Shown here: one piece after another, positions 31,359-40,951 of the stretch
Numbering within the stretch: the stretch's first letter is position 1
Layout of the letters: each line of letters starts with the position of its first letter
NCBI GenBank assembly: GCA_963805855.1
Contig: CAWDVW010000007.1
Coordinates: 384,001 to 448,000 of the forward strand
DNA: 64,000 bases
Direction of reading: 5' to 3'
From: Candidatus Dadabacteria bacterium
GTDB lineage: Bacteria > Desulfobacterota_D > UBA1144 > Nemesobacterales > CSP1-2
The notes under the pieces: model-generated
Seen by the model: only the letters and a program-made list of their open reading frames with translations
Database searches by the model: none
What the model was told of the DNA's origin: nothing
Translations under genes and position numbers: made by a program

Positions 31359-32198
31359 TCAGAACCCGATCCTTATCTTCCCATTAGAGGCTATGAGGTC
31401 ATAACCTTTATCCGCTTCAAACTCTGACCAGTGATAGGGTACGCCGTCAAAATGTAGAATATCGCCACCGGCTTCCTTCACAAATAGCACTCCGGCGGCA
31501 ATATCCCAGAGAGAGATTCGCGTAGTAATGTAGCAATCCGAGCTTCCCATACCCACGTAAGCGAGCTCGATTGCCGCCGAGCCAAGCTTACGGGCATCTT
31601 TAACATCCAGGAAAACCCGTTTAATTATGCTTAATACACGCTCTTTATCCGTTTCGCCCCCTTCACAATACAAAACATAGGCTCGCTCAAGCATATCATT
31701 TTTGGACACATTAACCATTCTTGATATGCGTCTGAAAAGATCATGGTGATATGCGCCTTTGTTCCTCATAGCCACAAATCTTTCAGCTAACATTGGGGCC
31801 TCAATAACCCCTAGCAATGGCTCGCCATTAACCCACAGGGAAATTGATATTGCGAACAGAGGGTTGTGATTTGCAAAGTTGCCTGTCCCGTCTAAAGGGT
31901 CAATAATCCAGAGGTAGTCCTTTTGTCTCGCTGTAAATCCGCTTTCTTCGGTAAGATAAGAATGGTCCGGAAAATTGTTCTCAATTGCTTCCCTGATAAT
32001 TTTATCTGAAGTTTCATCTTGAATGGTCTTTAATTCCTTTACAGTCCCCCTTTCAACGGGCTCCTCGCTCCTGTAAGATTCCAGGATCTTTCGTCCCGCC
32101 TTTTTTGCGATTGATATAGCTCCCCTTAAAAATCGTCCCTCGTTTTTCGAAATCCTTTTGTAAATCATATCTTCCATAATTCCCATTAGGTTTATCAT
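31359..32198 (-). CDS. inositol monophosphatase family protein (SuhB-like)
   Basis: EE...WIIDPLDGTGNF, RKLGSAA and WDIAAG motifs. Confidence 0.9.
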   Translation of the reverse strand: MINLMGIMEDMIYKRISKNEGRFLRGAISIAKKAGRKILESYRSEEPVERGTVKELKTIQDETSDKIIREAIENNFPDHSYLTEESGFTARQKDYLWIIDPLDGTGNFANHNPLFAISISLWVNGEPLLGVIEAPMLAERFVAMRNKGAYHHDLFRRISRMVNVSKNDMLERAYVLYCEGGETDKERVLSIIKRVFLDVKDARKLGSAAIELAYVGMGSSDCYITTRISLWDIAAGVLFVKEAGGDILHFDGVPYHWSEFEADKGYDLIASNGKIRIGF

Positions 32199-32402
32199 AC
32201 ATAAAATTACTACGATACTTAAGTAAGCTTTCGCCGAATATGCGGATTATACATTCCCAAATCGTCAGAAAATCTGGGCAAACCGAAATCAGGAATCAGC
32301 AGATGTCTGGCGGAAGAAATAGATTGGACCTTGAGTTTCAGTTATTGTTAATATGTTCTTAACTTCTCCTCAAATGATGAAGTGTAAGCGGAGGGATGTG
32401 AA

Positions 32403-33332
32403 ATGAGGTTGTCGTACGCCCTGGCTTGGGTACTGATTTCCTTTTTTATTTTCAGAAATGTAGCCGCTCAACAGGATTTCATTCAAGAATACATTATATC
32501 TGGTAAGACTATTGAAGTCGTTTTTGGTGCCTATGGGTTCACTAATTCCGAATGGATCGGACGATGTGAGCCTGAAATAGCCAGTAAATTATGCGGCAAA
32601 ACATACACCGGGAATTACAATAAAGAGCTGCGTACATGGGAATTCAGTAAGCTCGATGAAGATACGGGAAACGTCGAAACATTCAGCTCCCAGGCATTAA
32701 CAAAGGGTGATCCTGCTAACTACAGGATCTTAATTTGGGACGAGGAGTTTAGCTTCGACGAGAAGGGTAATGTCGTACACTCGGGCGACGGAAAAGTCGC
32801 CCACATTTCGCCCGGCGATCTTACGCCGATAGCCCATAGACCCGAGACGGATGAAATCGGAAAAACAGATATTAGAAATTACAGACAGGAGGGAATTGAT
32901 TTTCTCCAAGATTATGAATACCAGAAAGCAATAGAAAGTTTCGACAAGGCGTTAGAGGCAAACCCAATGGATAAGATTCTTTATTTTTACAGGGGTTACT
33001 CATATTTGAGATTAGAAGAATACGAAAAGGCGGTGGCAGACCTGGAAAAGGCGACAATCCTGGATCAAACTAATGCAGATGCATTTAGCAGCCTTGCAGC
33101 TGCATATCTGGAGCTAAAGGAATATGAAGATGTGATAAGAACCGCTACAAAAGCCATTATCCTTAACCCAAAGGACGCCGCTAGCTATTTCAATAGAGGT
33201 ATCGCATATAATTTCACACATAAATTTGATAAGGCTTACAGTGACTTCAGCGAGGTCGTTAGCCTGGAACCCACGAATGATGACGCGATCGTAAATCGGG
33301 ATTTGTTATTAAAAAAGGTTCAGAGCGAATAG
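32403..33332 (+). CDS. secreted TPR-repeat protein
   Basis: N-terminal signal peptide; four C-terminal TPR repeats. Confidence 0.8.
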   Translation: MRLSYALAWVLISFFIFRNVAAQQDFIQEYIISGKTIEVVFGAYGFTNSEWIGRCEPEIASKLCGKTYTGNYNKELRTWEFSKLDEDTGNVETFSSQALTKGDPANYRILIWDEEFSFDEKGNVVHSGDGKVAHISPGDLTPIAHRPETDEIGKTDIRNYRQEGIDFLQDYEYQKAIESFDKALEANPMDKILYFYRGYSYLRLEEYEKAVADLEKATILDQTNADAFSSLAAAYLELKEYEDVIRTATKAIILNPKDAASYFNRGIAYNFTHKFDKAYSDFSEVVSLEPTNDDAIVNRDLLLKKVQSE

Positions 33333-33697
33333 ATGAATCCTGAAATATCGAGTTCCACTCGGGTTTTGTCAACGTTTAAATGGTTTTGAAGATGCCGGGT
33401 ATAAATCGAACTTCAACTAATACTTTACTGGTTAATTTTTAGATGAAAACTAAGAATGGGATAAGATACTTATATTGGAATGCTAAGAAAAAGATTTAGC
33501 TTCTTGTACGAAATCTAGGAGGAATTTAATAAAGATTCTAATAGATTACATTACGTATATTAATGCTTAATATTAGCGTGTGGGTATAATTATCCTGATT
33601 TATGAGACTTTAATGTCAAATATTAAAAGTTAAATAAATATGTTAATAGTGTTTATCGAATATTAGGTCTCATTCTCCAGGCATAAGAAAATTCATT

Positions 33698-34390
33698 ATG
33701 TTAAAGGCAATACTCTTCGACTTTGATGGAATTATTGTTGATGCCGAACCCGTTCACCTGACGGCTTTTCAGGAGGTCTTGGGCTTGAACGGTATTTTTC
33801 TCTCCGAAGAGGAGTACTACGAAAGATATTTAGCGCTGGATGACAGGACGCTGTTTTCAAATATTCTAGGGGATAGGAACATGAATTTTGATGACTCCAC
33901 AATTGAGGATTTGATGGAAAAAAAATCCGAAACTTATGAAAAATTAATACGAGAGGACATTAAAATATTCCCCGGGGTTGTTGATTTTGTAAATTCGGTA
34001 TATAAAAAGTATCTTTTGGGTATTGGCTCTGGCGCCCTAAAGCATGAGATAGAATTTATACTAGATTATGTCGGGATAAAAGATAGATTTAGTGTGATCG
34101 TGAGTGCCGAAGATGTACAAAAATGCAAGCCTGATCCTGAGGTCTTCGTAAAAGCTCTTCTCAAGATGAATAAGAAACTTCGCCAAGGATCAAAGCCTAT
34201 ACACCCCTCTGAATGTTTAGTCATAGAGGATTCGTCTGCCGGCATCAGGGCCGCAAACCTTGCCGGGATGAGCACACTCGCAATAACTAACTCGTATTCG
34301 GCCTGCAAACTTTCCGAGGCAAACCTGATCGCCGCTAGCTTGCTAGAAGTGGAGATTGGGCACTTAGAAGAGCTATTTAAGATTCCATAG
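33698..34390 (+). CDS. HAD-family phosphatase (beta-PGM/CbbY-like)
   Basis: FDFDGIIVD, KPDPE and VIEDS..GI.AA motifs. Confidence 0.88.
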   Translation: MLKAILFDFDGIIVDAEPVHLTAFQEVLGLNGIFLSEEEYYERYLALDDRTLFSNILGDRNMNFDDSTIEDLMEKKSETYEKLIREDIKIFPGVVDFVNSVYKKYLLGIGSGALKHEIEFILDYVGIKDRFSVIVSAEDVQKCKPDPEVFVKALLKMNKKLRQGSKPIHPSECLVIEDSSAGIRAANLAGMSTLAITNSYSACKLSEANLIAASLLEVEIGHLEELFKIP

Positions 34391-34481
34391 ATACAAAGCG
34401 TTAATCTTTGTAATAAAATGGGGGAGGTTGTAGACCAATCTTACTTTAAAATTTAACTAATATTACAAGTATAATTAAGTA

Positions 34482-35243
34482 TTATACGTAACCCGATGAT
34501 ATTAAATTAATTATTTCTGTAAATTTAGAAACTGTGTGATTAGGATGGTATTTTTGATCATAGATTTCTTCATCTTTTCTATTAATCCAAATAACATCCA
34601 TTCCGACCGCTTTTGCACCTACAACATCCGCATAATAATTATCGCCGACATATAAGGCGTCGGCGGGGCCTAAATTTAGCAGCTCCAGGGCCTTCAAAAA
34701 TATCTCAGGCCTCGGCTTTCTCCACCCTACTTCTACCGATATTACAACTCTTTCGAAGTACCTTCGTATATCAAATTTGTTTAGGAGCATGTAGGCTGCG
34801 GGAGCGTAGTCGAAATTTGAGATAATAGCCATCCTATCATTCTTGTCGAAAATAAGATCTAATACATCTCTGTTCTTCTCTGGAAACTCCATTGTGCTTG
34901 AAAGGCTCTTCATATGCGCCTTAACCATCTCATCTACTACCGGGTCGGCATCTGAACTTAATTCAATTCCTAAACTGCTCATCAGAATCTTGAACCTTTC
35001 CCCATTGTAAAATTCCTTATTGTCAATGGATTTTAGTTGTTGGAATGTTTCATAGCTTTCGATGAATGAAACATGAAATTTATCCCTATCGTATCCTTGA
35101 TAGTATTTTTGAAACACCTTATATACCTCGGTAAATGTCGAATTATGTTTCTCACCGTCTATAGAAAACTCCGGGAGACGAGATCGATTAAAATCAATAA
35201 GGGTATCGAAAAGGTCAAAGACGAATACTTTATAATCCTTCAT
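34482..35243 (-). CDS. HAD-family hydrolase
   Basis: FDLFDTL, ISNFD, RKPRPEIF and YVGDN..AD motifs. Confidence 0.87.
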   Translation of the reverse strand: MKDYKVFVFDLFDTLIDFNRSRLPEFSIDGEKHNSTFTEVYKVFQKYYQGYDRDKFHVSFIESYETFQQLKSIDNKEFYNGERFKILMSSLGIELSSDADPVVDEMVKAHMKSLSSTMEFPEKNRDVLDLIFDKNDRMAIISNFDYAPAAYMLLNKFDIRRYFERVVISVEVGWRKPRPEIFLKALELLNLGPADALYVGDNYYADVVGAKAVGMDVIWINRKDEEIYDQKYHPNHTVSKFTEIINLISSGYV

Positions 35244-35288
35244 AGAAATATACGAAATGTTTTATAAGAAAGGTTTGTTGGTGATGCT

Positions 35289-35675
35289 TTACTTAAATCC
35301 GTTGCCATTTGCCCTCTCGAGAACAACTTTAAGGATTTTATTATGTAACCCAAGAGGTGCGGTGACTCTGTATGAAACTTGCGGATGCTTTTTTGCGGCT
35401 TCTTTCACCATATTCGGTATATCCTGTGTTGAGTGTTTGCCCGGGAAGAGAAAATAGGGATGCACTATAATTTCGTCTGCGCCATCGGCTACGCATGCGT
35501 CGAAGGTCTGCGAGATTGTCGGCTCGGCGAGTTCCATGTGGGAGTAGCGCACTATTTCAAAGTCGCACTCATGGTCTTCTCTCAACATTTGTATGATTTG
35601 CACAAGCATATCATTTGCTTCATCCACAACACTGCCATGATCTACAATTATTAAAGCCCTTTTCTTTTTTTCCAT
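35289..35675 (-). CDS. CbiX/SirB-family small chelatase-like protein
   Basis: IVDHGS, HMELAEP, PYFLFPGKH..DIP and APLGLH motifs. Start placed at MEKKKR because the ORF-track extension begins in a repeat. Confidence 0.82.
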   Translation of the reverse strand: MEKKKRALIIVDHGSVVDEANDMLVQIIQMLREDHECDFEIVRYSHMELAEPTISQTFDACVADGADEIIVHPYFLFPGKHSTQDIPNMVKEAAKKHPQVSYRVTAPLGLHNKILKVVLERANGNGFK

Positions 35676-35724
35676 TTCGATATTTGAACTAACACAGAAT
35701 ACGCGAGGAAGACTATATCCCTCA

Positions 35725-35755
35725 TCATGCATGGTGCATCATGTATCCTGCATCC
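35725..35755. repeat. short tandem heptamer repeat
   Basis: TCATGCA TGGTGCA TCATGTA TCCTGCA TCC, just past the peptidase stop. Confidence 0.7.
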
Positions 35756-35758
35756 TTT

Positions 35759-36907
35759 TCATTCCCCGCCGGCATTTAATTTTATTGTTTCTATAAGAAT
35801 CTCTGCGGCTCGATAAAATTCCTCTAACACAAGGTATTCATTGACGGTATGAAGCTCATACATTCCGGTACCCAGGTTAGCGCATTCGATACCCATTTGA
35901 TTGAAAAAGTTGGCGTCGCAACCTCCACCGCTGGTATGGTAGTTTATCTTATGTCCAAGGTCCTTAACTGCCCTGTCAATTATCTTTACAATCCTCGAAT
36001 CTTCAGGAACATCCATCTTGTCGTAACTTCTTTCAAAAACCTCCTCGACACTGGCAGCCTGATTCTGACTATCAAGAACTACCTCGTAGTTTGAGACCGC
36101 GTTTCTGATACATTCCATCATGTGATTTTTCTGGGCGACCAGTTTAGCTTCATTGTGGCTTCTGACCTCGCCTACGATTTTCACAAAATTGGGAACTATG
36201 TTTGTAGCGATACCACCCTTTATTACTCCGATATTAGCCGTGGTTTCGTGATCTATTCTACCAAGCTTCATTTTAGATATTGACTCGCTTGCAATCTTTA
36301 TAGCATTAATACCGTTTTCCGGACATAAACCTGCGTGAGCTTCGAGACCGTGTACGTGGAATTCCAGCCTCTCAGCAGACGGGCATCTGAGTACGAGGCG
36401 AGAAGGAGAGCTGCTGTCGAGAACTATTCCGTACCTCGAGGTGAATTTTGATATGTCCATATGCTTTGCGCCCAGAAGGCCTATTTCCTCGCATATAGTA
36501 AACGCGACCTCTATATCTCCATGCGGGATATCCCGCTGCCTCAGGGTCCGCAGCGCTTCGACTATTACGGCTATGCCGCTCTTATCATCGCTTCCGAGAA
36601 CCGTAGTACCATCGCTCTTAATAAAACCATTATCAATTCTTGGTTTAATTCCCTCCCCCGGACCAACGGTATCCATATGGGCAGACAGGAAGAAAGGCTC
36701 GATATTTGCTTTATTCCCCTTAATCTTTACAATCAGGTTCCCCGTATTTCCATTAACCTTATTGCCCGCGTCGTCGAAAAAGCACTCGGCGCCCAGGTCC
36801 TCCATGTCGTGTTTCAATTTTAGTGCAACTTCTCTTTCCTTCCGCGAAAGGCTATCGATCCTGATCAGATCCAGTACGTATTCGGTCATCCTTTCCTTCT
36901 CGATCAT
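35759..36907 (-). CDS. M20 peptidase T-like protein
   Basis: SAHMDTV, LGSDDKSG, CEEIGLLGA, GGGCDAN and HTVNE motifs. Confidence 0.9.
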   Translation of the reverse strand: MIEKERMTEYVLDLIRIDSLSRKEREVALKLKHDMEDLGAECFFDDAGNKVNGNTGNLIVKIKGNKANIEPFFLSAHMDTVGPGEGIKPRIDNGFIKSDGTTVLGSDDKSGIAVIVEALRTLRQRDIPHGDIEVAFTICEEIGLLGAKHMDISKFTSRYGIVLDSSSPSRLVLRCPSAERLEFHVHGLEAHAGLCPENGINAIKIASESISKMKLGRIDHETTANIGVIKGGIATNIVPNFVKIVGEVRSHNEAKLVAQKNHMMECIRNAVSNYEVVLDSQNQAASVEEVFERSYDKMDVPEDSRIVKIIDRAVKDLGHKINYHTSGGGCDANFFNQMGIECANLGTGMYELHTVNEYLVLEEFYRAAEILIETIKLNAGGE

Positions 36908-37031
36908 TATTTCAGTACTACTCCACTTTTTATGGTTTTTATCAAATCAAGTATAACTAATTATTATTTGTCGGTTAAATTCAAATGAATAACCCTTGGG
37001 TAGGTTATCAAAACATAAAAACGCCTGAACC

Positions 37032-37657
37032 GTCATTGCGAGAAACGTTGTGCTTCGAAGCAATATCCTTCGGCATTGGCAGAGCGTTTGATTATCCATT
37101 CCATTATAGGATTAACCTAGCAGATTGCTTCGCCAGCCGTTCGCTGTGCTCCGGCTTAGGCTCGCAATTGTAAATGTTAGATATTTCGTGGACAAAATCC
37201 TAACAAGAATAAATTTCCTGGAAATCTGCTTATCCGTCATCCTCGAATGTTTTAATCGGGGATCCATTGTTTAATCTTTCATTTTCTTTGTCTTGATACA
37301 AAGAAACAAAAATCAAGGGCTTACAAAAAATTAGGAATTATTAAATCAATTCCTCCAGCTAAAAATATTTAATCCAACCACAACCCCAAATCTTTTTTTA
37401 ACGCTGGAGGAATTGATTTTGGCAATTTTTTGAATGCCCGTTTAAGAACTAAGATACTGTCCCCGAATTACGTAACATCTACAGCAATGACAGGAATATG
37501 GCGTGTCATCGGGAAAAGGAAACCACGAAGCAATCTCCTCCACCTCTGGCAGAGCATTGTGTTTTAGTTGCGATTAAGGACTTTTTACTGTCATTGCGAG
37601 AAATCCCGAGCCAGATCGAAGGGCACGAAGCAATCTCCTAAAACATTGGCAGAGCGT
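37032..37657. repeat. mosaic repeat cluster (four family B copies, GTCATCCTCG..GGGATCCA hairpin, long element 37286-37491)
   Basis: Family B copies at 37032, 37122 (inverted), ~37505 and 37590; perfect 17-bp inverted repeat at 37343-37359 / 37403-37419; no credible CDS. Confidence 0.85.
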
Positions 37658-37725
37658 CGCACAACGTGTTTTCAATGTTAGGGGGTCAAGACAATCAACG
37701 AATTGGGCGTTTTCCCCACCGGCCA

Positions 37726-38523
37726 TTATAGGGCTTCCTCAATAAGCTGATGATCCTGCGTGAAGTATCTCCTAAATCTGAGATGCGTAAGTATAAAGGA
37801 TGAAGAAGCCACAGAGAACGCAATCATATACATTATGATGATCTGATACTTAACTGCTATAATAGGTGAAACACCCGAGAGGATTTGTCCGGTCATTATT
37901 CCTGGGAGAGACACTATTCCCACCACCATCATAGAGTTAATTGTTGGAATCATAGAAGCCTTCATCGCTGCTTTTATACACGAAGAAGCAGCCTGTTTGG
38001 CGGTTGCCCCCAGCGCCAGGTAGGCCTCAATCTCGCTTTTCTTATTCCTAATGTCCGAGTCAATTCTCTCGACCGCTAATGTGGCGCCATTCATGCTATT
38101 TCCGATTACCATACCTGCCAGCGGTATCAGATAATGTGGTTCATACCAGGGTTTTATTTGCAGGATGACCTGTGTGACCAGAAAAACGCTGATTCCCGAT
38201 CCTGTTGTCAGTGCGAAACCTACAAGGTACGGCAACTCCTTAGTGTGCTTTACCTGTCTTTGAGAAACTGTGATAGCAGCGATTATAATCATTACTGCGA
38301 TCGTAATAAGGATTATGTACCATCTATCTAAAGCGAAAATGTATTTTAATATATAACCTATAGCAACCAGTTGAATCAGGGTTCTCAGCGCCCCGATTGC
38401 GAATTCTCTTTCGAGCATCAAGTTTTGCCACCTTGACATTCCGATGGCTACAGAGATTAATCCAAGTCCGATGAGAAGATCTATATAGCTTATATTTACA
38501 AGCGTGTAATTAAACGCTTCCAT
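37726..38523 (-). CDS. fetB: ABC transporter permease, FetB/YbbM family
   Basis: RTLIQLVAIGY, IPLAGMVIGNSM and VGIVSLPG.MTGQILSG..P..AVKYQ motifs. Confidence 0.88.
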   Translation of the reverse strand: MEAFNYTLVNISYIDLLIGLGLISVAIGMSRWQNLMLEREFAIGALRTLIQLVAIGYILKYIFALDRWYIILITIAVMIIIAAITVSQRQVKHTKELPYLVGFALTTGSGISVFLVTQVILQIKPWYEPHYLIPLAGMVIGNSMNGATLAVERIDSDIRNKKSEIEAYLALGATAKQAASSCIKAAMKASMIPTINSMMVVGIVSLPGIMTGQILSGVSPIIAVKYQIIIMYMIAFSVASSSFILTHLRFRRYFTQDHQLIEEAL

Positions 38524-38525
38524 AT

Positions 38526-39236
38526 TTATACAGTAATCCCCTGTGTGTTATGAGTCCTGAAAAACTCCTCCGATAAACCCTCGTGCAGTATCACGCCGTT
38601 ATCTATCTGGATGATTTGTCCGCCAAAAAATCTCGCATGGGCGAGTTGATGAGTGACCATAATAACCGTGATCCCGATGAGGCTGTTCAACTGACTTATT
38701 GACCGTAACAGGCTTATTGCGGAAGTGTGATCCAGGGCAGACGTTGGTTCATCCAATAGCAGTACTTCAGGCTTGTTGATGAGCGTTCGTGCTATGCTCA
38801 GGCGTTGCTTCTCACCGACAGATAGCTCAGATGCTTTGCGTTCGAGAAAATCGACCTTGAGTTCAGACAACTTAAGAACATGCTTTATTTCGCTTTCATC
38901 AGGAGGGTTCTCAACAATCCCAAGTTCGTAAGGAACCATAAGGTTGTCCCTTACAGTTCCGTCAAACGTCACAGGAATCTGAAAAACCATTCCGACTTTC
39001 TTTCTGAGTTCGATAACCGGAATGTCTAAAATGTTTTGTTCATCAATCAATATATCTCCGGCAGTTGGATCATCCATCCGGTTCAGAAGCCTGAGGAGCG
39101 TTGTCTTGCCTGCTCCTGACGGACCCAGTATGTTGTATTTTTTCCCGGAGTGAAATTTGAGATTTATATCCCTTAGTATCGGAATCCCGCTTTTGGACTT
39201 GCCAACATCTCTTAGCTCAAATTTTATATTGCTCAC
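38526..39236 (-). CDS. ABC transporter ATP-binding protein, FetA/YbbL-like
   Basis: GPSGAGKT, LSVGEKQR and LLLDEPTSALD motifs; adjacent to fetB. Confidence 0.88.
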   Translation of the reverse strand: MSNIKFELRDVGKSKSGIPILRDINLKFHSGKKYNILGPSGAGKTTLLRLLNRMDDPTAGDILIDEQNILDIPVIELRKKVGMVFQIPVTFDGTVRDNLMVPYELGIVENPPDESEIKHVLKLSELKVDFLERKASELSVGEKQRLSIARTLINKPEVLLLDEPTSALDHTSAISLLRSISQLNSLIGITVIMVTHQLAHARFFGGQIIQIDNGVILHEGLSEEFFRTHNTQGITV

Positions 39237-39325
39237 TTAATCTCTTTTTTGAGTACAAGACCCAAGGCAAAGAAATTGTCTAACGCTCTTTTAAAAATAA
39301 TTATTCCCGTGCAACAAAGCCATTT

Positions 39326-39637
39326 TTAATCTATCAATTGTATGGCTTCATCGAACTCTTCTGCCATGCCCGGGTGACCGTGCTTGTACGCAGCTTCTAT
39401 CCCTTTTATATAAGCCTCTTTCGCTTCTTCCTTCCTGTCCAGCTTCAAGAGAGCCTCAGCCAGCATCCGGTACGCTGCCCCCTCATCGTCTTTTAACGTG
39501 AAATAAACCCTGATTTCATCTACAGCTTCCTTATACTTGCCCGCCTTGAAATATTCGTTAGCAAGTCCATACCTGTTCAGGGAATTACCTGGATTTTTTT
39601 CAACGAGCGCTTTGAAGGTTTCGATTCTATTTGTAAT
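39326..39637 (-). CDS. small TPR protein with probable non-canonical (ATT) start
   Basis: Not in the ORF track. Translates as (M)TNRIETFKALVEKNPGNSLNRYGLANEYFKAGKYKEAV...AAYRMLAEALLKLDRKEEAKEAYIKGIEAA..HGHPGMAEEF...; GGGAGA RBS; no in-frame ATG/GTG/TTG before the upstream TGA. Confidence 0.8.
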   Translation of the reverse strand: MTNRIETFKALVEKNPGNSLNRYGLANEYFKAGKYKEAVDEIRVYFTLKDDEGAAYRMLAEALLKLDRKEEAKEAYIKGIEAAYKHGHPGMAEEFDEAIQLID

Positions 39638-39796
39638 TGTTATTTGTCTCCCGTTTTCATTTTTTCGGATCGCATTCGAAAGAATAATATATGAATTTCA
39701 TCCGTTAGTACAAAAATGAATTTAGCCTGCGAGCTCCTTGCTGCCTCTACAGGGCTTCCACTGTCCGATTATTACCTTTCGAGCGCAGCCTAGAGG

Positions 39797-40045
39797 GTCC
39801 TCGCGGGCGACTTCGATTAACTCAGTGCAGGCTCGGCGAAGCAATCCATGATCATTTGCGTAAATACAATCGTAGGGAACGCAGATCTGCGTTCCCTACA
39901 TTTTTTTACATATAGTTTATTGGTAACACTCTGCCTAGCGTGGAGTAGATTGCTTCGGAAAAAGCGTTTCTCGCAATGACAGTAAAAAATATTCAATGGT
40001 AGCGGGTGGGCAATGCTCTGCTAATGTTGAAGGAGAATGCTTCAG
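39797..40045. repeat. mosaic repeat cluster (family B with insert, perfect REP A at 39872-39899, two inverted family B copies)
   Basis: GTAGGGAACGCAGATCTGCGTTCCCTAC; AGATTGCTTCGGAAAAAGCGTTTCTCGCAATGAC; GCTCTGCTAATG linkers. Confidence 0.85.
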
Positions 40046-40243
40046 GACTTTCTCAGTCCCTCCCAGCGCCGGGAAATTAAGAATTGACACAGTTGCATCT
40101 CCGATAGGTATGCGTTACGCTAAATGGATCGATAATGATTTTATGAAATAAGCTATACTCCTTCCGAGTAAAAATATATGATTTAAGAATTTAATTATAA
40201 TTCATAAAACAAGTTGACGAAGGTTCATTTAGGAGGTCACACC

Positions 40244-40750
40244 ATGTTAAAAGTTTATAGACTGGTCCACTTGACACTTTTTCTTTGTCTAACTGTCACG
40301 TTTATTAGCTGTGGAAAGAAGGCGGCCAAGCCAATTAATCCGGAATCATTACCCCCTGCATTCTCACAAACTCTTATTCTAAAAAACGAAACTGCGGATG
40401 AAGTTCATATATTCCCGGCGCCAGGCTCAATCGGTGAACCTTTGGTATTAAAACCCGGCGAATCGATCAGCATGAATTTTATGGTTAACAGAAAAGCTTC
40501 TCTAGACGAATCCGGCAATCCAACAGAAGGTGGCTGGACCGTAGAGATAGATAAGCAGCATAAGTTTCTTGGCATGAGAGACACCGATGGTCTTCTGCGG
40601 ATCAAAACCTCGAAGGGGGAGTTATGGGAGTATAAAATAGATTTGGGCAAGTGCTGGTTCGAAAATAAACCGCCGACCAAAGATCATGAGCTGACTATTC
40701 ATGAAAAAGGACCGGATCAGAGTGCTCCCGCTCTTGTACTGTGTGAGTAA
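40244..40750 (+). CDS. hypothetical lipoprotein
   Basis: AGGAGG RBS before ATG 40244; TFISC lipobox. Confidence 0.7.
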   Translation: MLKVYRLVHLTLFLCLTVTFISCGKKAAKPINPESLPPAFSQTLILKNETADEVHIFPAPGSIGEPLVLKPGESISMNFMVNRKASLDESGNPTEGGWTVEIDKQHKFLGMRDTDGLLRIKTSKGELWEYKIDLGKCWFENKPPTKDHELTIHEKGPDQSAPALVLCE

Positions 40751-40951
40751 CATTTAATAATAATTAGCACGGGAGGTTAGACCCCATATATTAAGCGTGG
40801 CTTTATGTGTTATGAGTGACTATTATCTTAAAAGTCTGTCGTTATTTTGATCTATAAATCTTCGTAATTTTATACAGAATTTGAAACAATACATCGGCGG
40901 CCAGCCTCGACTTATTCGATTTATAAATTCTCAAATGAAGAAACTCTCGTC

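Noticed and set aside
32270-32330. c-di-GMP-I riboswitch-like GGCAAACC
   Set aside because: The paired stem and GACGCAAA motif are missing.
8007-39899. Palindromic 28-bp repeats as CRISPR repeats
   Set aside because: They are dispersed singly kilobases apart, with no regular spacers and no cas genes.
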